From the NCBI GenBank assembly GCA_963778655.1, contig CAVZVA010000010.1, positions 544,001 to 608,000 on the forward strand: a stretch of DNA of 64,000 nt, written 5' to 3'. Below, piece by piece: positions 58,254 to 64,000 of this stretch. Within the stretch, counting starts at the first letter, position 1. Every line of letters starts with the position of its first letter. This stretch comes from an uncultured delta proteobacterium (GTDB taxonomy: Bacteria > Myxococcota_A > Polyangia > Polyangiales > JAFGIB01). The notes below the pieces were generated by a model that worked only from the letters and a program-made list of their open reading frames with translations, was not told the origin of the DNA and did not search any database. Position numbers and translations under genes: made by a program.

Positions 58254-59311
58254 CGCGCCGCCTGCTGCGCCAGCGGCTGCTGGCGCGTCATGCAGTGAAA
58301 TGTGCCGCCGCCGCCCTCGAGGATCGCGCGTGCGCTGCACAGCACGACGCGCCGTCCTGGAAACCCGCTGGCGATCGTCAGGCGCGCGACTTCATCCTGC
58401 GCGCTGCCGAACGCGGGCACGATCACCACGCGATTGCCGACGTAGAAGTTCATGTAGCTGGCAGGCTGCGGATCACCGGCCGCATCGAGCACGGGCCCGG
58501 GCGAGGGTACCGGCAACAAGCGCAAGCGACGTCCATCAGCCGCGCGCGCCTGCGCGAGCACCCGCGCGTTCTCGTGGAGCGTCTCGGCGTTCGGGTCGTC
58601 GGGACTGCTCGCCGTCGCGTACATCACCACGCCCGGCGCCACGAAGCGCGCCAGGTTGTCGATGTGCCCGTCGGTGTGGTCGCCGGCAAGCCCCGCGCGC
58701 AGCCACACCACGTGCTCGACCGCGAGCAACTCGCGCAGCAGCGCCTCGAGCGCGCGGCGCGTCAGCCCCGGCCCGCGGTTTTCGTTGAGCAGACAGCTCT
58801 CGGTCGTGAGGCACGTGCCGTGCCCGTCGAGCTCCAGCGCGCCGCCCTCGATCACCGCCTGCGCGGCGAAGCTCGGCAGCCCGAGCGCGTCGCACAGCCC
58901 CGCTGCGAGCTCCGCGTCGCCCGGATAGCGATACTTGCCGCCCCAGCCGTTGAACGCGAAGCGCACGCAGCCGAGGCCCTGCGGGCCGCGCACGAACAGC
59001 GGCGCGGTGTCGCGCAGCCACACGTCGCCGTAGGCCATGCGGTGATAGCGCACGCGCGCGCCCAGCCCCGCGAGCGCGGCGCGGGCCTCGGTCTCGGCGG
59101 CCTGGTCGGGCACCAGCAGCTGCAGCGGCTCGGCCTCGGCGTCGGCCAGCAGCGCGTGGCAAAACGCGGTGAACTCACGCTGCGCGTCGGCCAAGAACGC
59201 GCCCCACGCGTAGCCGTGCGCGGGCCAAGCGCTCCACACCGCCGCGTTGGGCTCCCACTCGGCCACCGGGCGGTAGCCGAGCGCGCGCGGGCTCGAAGCA
59301 AGCGGCTGCAT
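58250..59311 (-). CDS. aguA: Agmatine deiminase
   Basis: AEWEP, DVWLRD, FNGWG, EGG, HTDGHID, SYMNF and GGGTFHCMT motifs. Confidence 0.92.
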   Translation of the reverse strand: MQPLASSPRALGYRPVAEWEPNAAVWSAWPAHGYAWGAFLADAQREFTAFCHALLADAEAEPLQLLVPDQAAETEARAALAGLGARVRYHRMAYGDVWLRDTAPLFVRGPQGLGCVRFAFNGWGGKYRYPGDAELAAGLCDALGLPSFAAQAVIEGGALELDGHGTCLTTESCLLNENRGPGLTRRALEALLRELLAVEHVVWLRAGLAGDHTDGHIDNLARFVAPGVVMYATASSPDDPNAETLHENARVLAQARAADGRRLRLLPVPSPGPVLDAAGDPQPASYMNFYVGNRVVIVPAFGSAQDEVARLTIASGFPGRRVVLCSARAILEGGGGTFHCMTRQQPLAQQAAR

Positions 59312-59411
59312 GGCGGCCCGATCTACCACGAAGCGCGAGCCCACGCCGGCTTGCCGTGGAGAATGCGCCCGGCCGCTGTTACGCTGCGTCCAGTCCACAG
59401 GGAGCTCCGCG

Positions 59412-60044
59412 ATGCGCCTGCCGCCTGCTTTGCCATGGCCCGTGCTCGTGCTCGCGCTGCTCGGTCCGGTCGCTTGCGGCGACGGCGGCGGCGGCGGCGG
59501 CGGGGCCTGCGACACGCCGGACGCGTGCGGCGGTGACGTGGTGGGCAGCTGGACGCTGCAGAGCCTGTGCTTCGCGAACGCAGAGGTGCTGTTCACCGCG
59601 GCGCTCGACGAGCCCATGTGCGAGGGCGCGATCGAGAGCAGCCAGGTGCATGCCTCGGGCACGTACGTCTACGGCAAGGACGGCAGCGCCAGCGCCGACG
59701 TCGTCTACAGCATCGAGTTCAGCACGCTGTGGAGCGCCGCGTGCCTGAACGCGCTGGACGGCCAGAACCGGACCTTGGACGCGGCGCGCTGCGCCGATCT
59801 GCAGCGGCAGTACGAGGCTCTGCCGGAGATCGACAAGGCTCCCTGCAGCCTGAAAGGCAGCGCCTGCGCTTGCTCGATCTTCACCGGCCAGAACCTGACC
59901 ACGACGCCGGGCTCGTACCAAGTGAAGGGCAACACCTTGCAGCAGGGTGACGACGACAGCCCCTACTGCGTGAGGGGTGACACGCTCACCATCCTGCGCA
60001 CCAGCGGCGGGCTCACCGGCACGCTGGTGCTCAAGCGCAAGTGA
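59412..60044 (+). CDS. Cys-rich hypothetical lipoprotein
   Basis: VAC lipobox, CGGDVVGSW and YCVRGDTL motifs. Confidence 0.75.
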   Translation: MRLPPALPWPVLVLALLGPVACGDGGGGGGGACDTPDACGGDVVGSWTLQSLCFANAEVLFTAALDEPMCEGAIESSQVHASGTYVYGKDGSASADVVYSIEFSTLWSAACLNALDGQNRTLDAARCADLQRQYEALPEIDKAPCSLKGSACACSIFTGQNLTTTPGSYQVKGNTLQQGDDDSPYCVRGDTLTILRTSGGLTGTLVLKRK

Positions 60045-60152
60045 GCAGTCGCGCCGCGGCGGCGCCCGGGCTCAGGCTCGGGTTTCGCCCTTTTCCGACG
60101 GCGCTCGCTTGTCCAGCGCGATCATCCGCCGCAAAAGGGCGCGTAGCCCGAG

Positions 60153-60836
60153 TCAGAAGTACACGCCGGCGTTGAGCGCGAGCTGCTCGAGCGTGTAGTC
60201 GGCGCTGGCGCTGGCAGAGATGCCGGCAATGGGAGTCTGGACTTTGATCGTGTGCGAGAAGTCGTGCAGCGTGTATCCGATCTCGGCCAGCAGCCCAACG
60301 CTCTTGGACAGGGCGAAGCGCGCGCCGAACAACAGCGCGAGGTTGAAGCCCACGCCCGTGCCTGCGCTCACGTTGACCCCCGCCGCGCTGGCGCTGGCGT
60401 TGTTCAGGAAGTCCAGCGTCAGCCCCACCGGCAGGCCCAGGAACAGCTCGACATCGGGCGTGACAGGAAAGCGGCCCTGCGGCACCAGCGACAAATCGAG
60501 CATCAGGTTGCGGCTGCCGCCGCCGCTGGTCTGCCACGAGTGAATGCCGAACAAGCCGCCGAGCACGAAGTAGCGGTGCAGTGGATGCATGTACTCGAAG
60601 CCCCCGCCGAAGGTGGGGTGCAGGTCCGTGCTGCCGCTGGCGTTGAACGTGGTGCCGCCCACGCTCACGTTGCCCGCGCTCGCGCTGCCCGCCAGCCCGA
60701 GCATGAGCTTGAGCGCGAAGTAGGGGTCGTCCTGATTGGACGCGTTCCCATTGTCCTGCTCCTGTGCGTGCGCCTGCCCGCACAACAGCGCCGCGAGCAC
60801 GACGACCAGCGCGATGGGGGTGAGCCGTCCTGACAT
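60153..60836 (-). CDS. Outer-membrane beta-barrel protein
   Basis: Signal peptide, alternating beta strands, terminal YF. Confidence 0.72.
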   Translation of the reverse strand: MSGRLTPIALVVVLAALLCGQAHAQEQDNGNASNQDDPYFALKLMLGLAGSASAGNVSVGGTTFNASGSTDLHPTFGGGFEYMHPLHRYFVLGGLFGIHSWQTSGGGSRNLMLDLSLVPQGRFPVTPDVELFLGLPVGLTLDFLNNASASAAGVNVSAGTGVGFNLALLFGARFALSKSVGLLAEIGYTLHDFSHTIKVQTPIAGISASASADYTLEQLALNAGVYF

Positions 60837-61051
60837 GCCCGCTCCTCCTGCCAACAGAAGCGGGCACCGTCCCACGGGGCGGCGACCGGCGTCAAAGCTT
60901 GTGTCACCGCCGCGCCCGGCCTGTGGCTCCGGACCGGCGCGCGGGCGCGCTGTGCAAAAACAGAACCCATGCCCCCCCAAGAATGGGGATTTGCGGGCGA
61001 AAGCTTGCCTATTAGGGTCGAGATTTGGGCGGTGGTGCGCCTCGGTGAGCC

Positions 61052-63670
61052 ATGGACCAGCAAACCCTGGAGTTACTTCGCGTTCTGCAGTCGGATGAGC
61101 GCGACGCCGGGGCGCTGCAACAGATCCAGAGCTTGCTTCCCCGCGCCCGGTTGGGCGCTGGCGACGACCGCGCGGCCCTGGCCGACATCAGCGAGCTGCT
61201 GGAGGTCTGGGCCGAGACCGCGCCACCCGAGCTGGCCGCTGCGGTGACGGTCGAGGCCGCCCAGATCGCCGACGAGGACCTCGAGCAAGCGGAGCGTGCG
61301 CTGCAGCTGTACATGCAGAGCCTGAGCCGCGCGCCGAGCGAGCTCGAGCCGCTGCGCAAGCTGGACGCGCTGCTGCTCAAGCGCGGCGAGCGCGAGCAGC
61401 TGGAGGCGATCCTGGTGGCGCACGCCGAAGCGCTGTGCGCAGTCAAGGACGTGGACCCGGCGCTCTGCGCCCGCGTGTATCAACACCTGGGCCAGGTGCG
61501 CGCCGAGCGTGGGATCGACCTCGATGCGGCGATCGAAGCCTACGAGCGCTCGCTTGATCTCGCGCCGGAGCCCGGCGTGATCGCCGAGCTGGCCGAGCTC
61601 TACGCGCGCCGCGGCAGCAACGGCGACGCGGCACAAGCTGCCGATCTGCTGTGCACGCTGGGCGATGTGCTGGGTGCGGAGCAGGGCGCGCCGATGTTGG
61701 AGCGCTCGCTCGACCTGGTGCCCGGCCACGAGGCGGCCCTCGAGCTGCTCGAGACCTACGTGCCGGCAGGCGAGCAGGCCACCCGGCTCTGGACGCGCTG
61801 GGCGGCGTATATCGACGCCACCGGCGACGAGGCCAGCGCGGACAAGCGCCGCATGCTGCTCGCGCACGCGTACGCCGAGCTCGGCCGCCCCCGCGACGCG
61901 CTGATCAGCCTGGGCCCTCTGATCGACAAGAGCGACCCCGAAGCGCTGCGACTGCAGGCCGCATACCTGGCCAGCCTGCAAGAGGGCAAGCAGCGCGAGT
62001 CGGCCGCGGCGCAGCCGGCCGCCAAACCGGGCAAGGGCAACGGCGCGGCGGTGCGCCCGCCCACGCTGGTCGGCTTCCGCGTGCCGGCACCCGGCAACCC
62101 CTCGAGCGCGGCGGGCCCCCGGAGCGAGCCGCCGGGCCCGATCGCCGCCGCAGCGGAGCCGGCAGAACAACCGAGCCCCGAGACCGGCGCGCCCGTGGAG
62201 CCGGCCGGGCCACAAGAGCCGGGCGCGGGCGCGCTGGCCGTGCCAGTGCAACAACGCGTCGCCGGCTCCACGCGCGCCAAGGCTGCCGGCGGTCTGGCGC
62301 GCAAGCGTCCGGCACGCAGCGGCGAGACCCTGGTCGGCTTCCGCATCCCGCTCGAGCTGGCCGGCGACGGGGCGGCCGCCAATGCCGCGGCTGCCCTGCA
62401 GACAGGCAAGGCTGCGCAGCCGTCGCGCAGCGCAAAGCCTCGGGACCCACGAGCCAGCGCAGCCTCGGGCGCGGCCGCGGGCGCGCGCCCGGCCGGCGCC
62501 GCGGCGCGCGCCACCGACAAGAAGCCCGCGAAGACGTTACCCGCAGCCGCCAAGACGCCCGCGGGCCAAGCCCGCGCCGCGCAGCCGGCAGCGGCCATGA
62601 GCCCGCCGGCGCAGAGCCCGGTGCCGCAGGCGCCGCCCGCCACGCTCAGCGGCGCGGCAGCCAAGGCCGCGGCGCTCAAGGCGCGCCGCTCGGCGGCACC
62701 ACCCGCCGCCGGCCGCAGCAGCGCGCCTTCGGCGCCGCCCGCGCTGGGCGCCGCGGCCGCGCGCGCGTCCAGGCCCTCGGGGCAACCAGCCATCGCGCGC
62801 GGCCGTGCGCCTTCGGCGCCGCCCGCGCTCGCGCGCGCCTCCGCAGCGCCGGCGCTGGTGCAAGCCGGGGACGCGCCGCCCTTTGTCGCCAGCGCCGCGC
62901 CGCCGCCGTTTCCAAGCGCGCGCGCGTCGGCTGCAGCCCAGGCAGCGCTGCCGGCCGAGGTGGCACCCGCGGCAGCCGAGGCCGCCTCCATGCCCGGCGG
63001 CAACGCTGTCGCCGCGGCCGAGCTCGAAGCGCCGCTACCCGGCGCGCTCTCCTCGCTGCGCGCGCGCTTCCCGCTGCTGCGCGGCAAGGGCGGGCTGATC
63101 GCGGCCGGCGCCGGCCTGGCGCTGCTCGGGCTGATCGCCGCGTTCGCGCTCGGCGGTCGCAAGCGACCTCCGCCGCCTGTGCTGCGCCGTCACGACGCGG
63201 TAGCCGCCGAGCCGACTGCCGCCAAGCCCGAAGCACCGGCGCCCAAGCCGGTGGCGGCGGCGCCCGCGCCCAAGCCGGTGGAGCCGCCTGCGGTCAAGCA
63301 CGAAGCACCCGCGCCCAAGAAAGCCTCGCGCGCCGAGCCGGAGGTCAAGATCACTGCCGGTCGCCCGCACGTGAAGGGCGGTGGGCTGAGCGCGCAGCAG
63401 ATCTCGCTGGTGCTCGAGGACACCCTGCCGGCGATCGAGCACTGCTACCGCAGCGCGCTCGCGCATCAGTCGCACTTGCACGGGCGGGTGGTCTTCGGCT
63501 GGACCATCACCCGCCACGGCGCCACCACCCACGTGCGCAAGCTCCACGCCACGCTCAAGGACCGCAAGCTGCAGCGCTGCGCGATCGAGGCGATCGACAA
63601 GGCCCACTTCCCCCGGCCCAAGAAGAAGACCTCCGAAGTCACCTGGCCGGTCGAGTTCCACAAAGGTTGA
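61052..63670 (+). CDS. TPR / Pro-Ala linker / TM / AgmX-PglI(TonB-C)-like protein
   Basis: N-terminal TPRs, low-complexity linker, TM helix, CY...L.GRV...C...FP...WPVEF tail. Confidence 0.65.
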   Translation: MDQQTLELLRVLQSDERDAGALQQIQSLLPRARLGAGDDRAALADISELLEVWAETAPPELAAAVTVEAAQIADEDLEQAERALQLYMQSLSRAPSELEPLRKLDALLLKRGEREQLEAILVAHAEALCAVKDVDPALCARVYQHLGQVRAERGIDLDAAIEAYERSLDLAPEPGVIAELAELYARRGSNGDAAQAADLLCTLGDVLGAEQGAPMLERSLDLVPGHEAALELLETYVPAGEQATRLWTRWAAYIDATGDEASADKRRMLLAHAYAELGRPRDALISLGPLIDKSDPEALRLQAAYLASLQEGKQRESAAAQPAAKPGKGNGAAVRPPTLVGFRVPAPGNPSSAAGPRSEPPGPIAAAAEPAEQPSPETGAPVEPAGPQEPGAGALAVPVQQRVAGSTRAKAAGGLARKRPARSGETLVGFRIPLELAGDGAAANAAAALQTGKAAQPSRSAKPRDPRASAASGAAAGARPAGAAARATDKKPAKTLPAAAKTPAGQARAAQPAAAMSPPAQSPVPQAPPATLSGAAAKAAALKARRSAAPPAAGRSSAPSAPPALGAAAARASRPSGQPAIARGRAPSAPPALARASAAPALVQAGDAPPFVASAAPPPFPSARASAAAQAALPAEVAPAAAEAASMPGGNAVAAAELEAPLPGALSSLRARFPLLRGKGGLIAAGAGLALLGLIAAFALGGRKRPPPPVLRRHDAVAAEPTAAKPEAPAPKPVAAAPAPKPVEPPAVKHEAPAPKKASRAEPEVKITAGRPHVKGGGLSAQQISLVLEDTLPAIEHCYRSALAHQSHLHGRVVFGWTITRHGATTHVRKLHATLKDRKLQRCAIEAIDKAHFPRPKKKTSEVTWPVEFHKG

Positions 63671-63734
63671 GCGGGAAGCCGGACGCGAGCGCTCCCCTTG
63701 TCGGCCTGCGCCCGCGGCTCTACGCTCGCCCGCC

Positions 63735-64000
63735 GTGACGCAAGCTACGAGCGGAGCGCTGGCCGGCCGGGTCGCGCTGGTGACGGGCGCCAACACCGGC
63801 ATCGGCCTGGTGACGGCGCGCGAGCTGGCAGCGCGGGGCGCTGAGGTCATGATCGCCTGCCGCTCGGCCGAGCGCGCACAGGCCGCCAGGGCCGAGATCG
63901 CGCGCAGCGTGCCGGGCGCCCGGATCGAGCTACTCGCGCTCGACCTCTCCGACTTCGACTCGGTGCGCGCCTGCGCGCAAGGCGTGCTTGCCGGCGGCAA
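63735..64000 (+). CDS. SDR oxidoreductase, 5' part
   Basis: VTGANTGIG, ACR and LDLSD motifs; not in the ORF track because it runs off the window. Confidence 0.85.
   Translation, partial: MTQATSGALAGRVALVTGANTGIGLVTARELAARGAEVMIACRSAERAQAARAEIARSVPGARIELLALDLSDFDSVRACAQGVLAGG

Overview
GC-rich bacterial DNA, probably Myxococcota/Polyangia (TIGR02266-like PilZ protein, AgmX/PglI-like protein, Gly-rich lipoproteins). Housekeeping genes occupy about 1-29.7 kb and 52.4-64 kb: uppP, dinB, an RND pump, folD with a ZTP riboswitch, lemA/TPM genes and aguAB. Between them is a ~22 kb chromosomal integron of the 'inverted integrase' type. intI (51512-52528, minus strand, N-terminus apparently lost) is co-oriented with its array, a candidate attI lies just 3' of it, and 14 long (156-173 bp) attC sites separate cassettes rich in toxin-antitoxin modules. 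The main finding is an IS110-family element present twice, each copy inserted at the same nucleotide of an attC L'' box. Its downstream non-coding end folds into two internal loops whose guide segments match the attC target and the element's own circle junction, i.e. a bridge/seek RNA programmed against attC. The array also shows a probable excision scar, a chimeric attC at an IS junction, a second IS110 remnant at an R' box, an IS21 nested in an IS66 remnant, and a wHTH + HEPN-like pair in the first cassette. All calls come from reading motifs by eye; no database searches were run.
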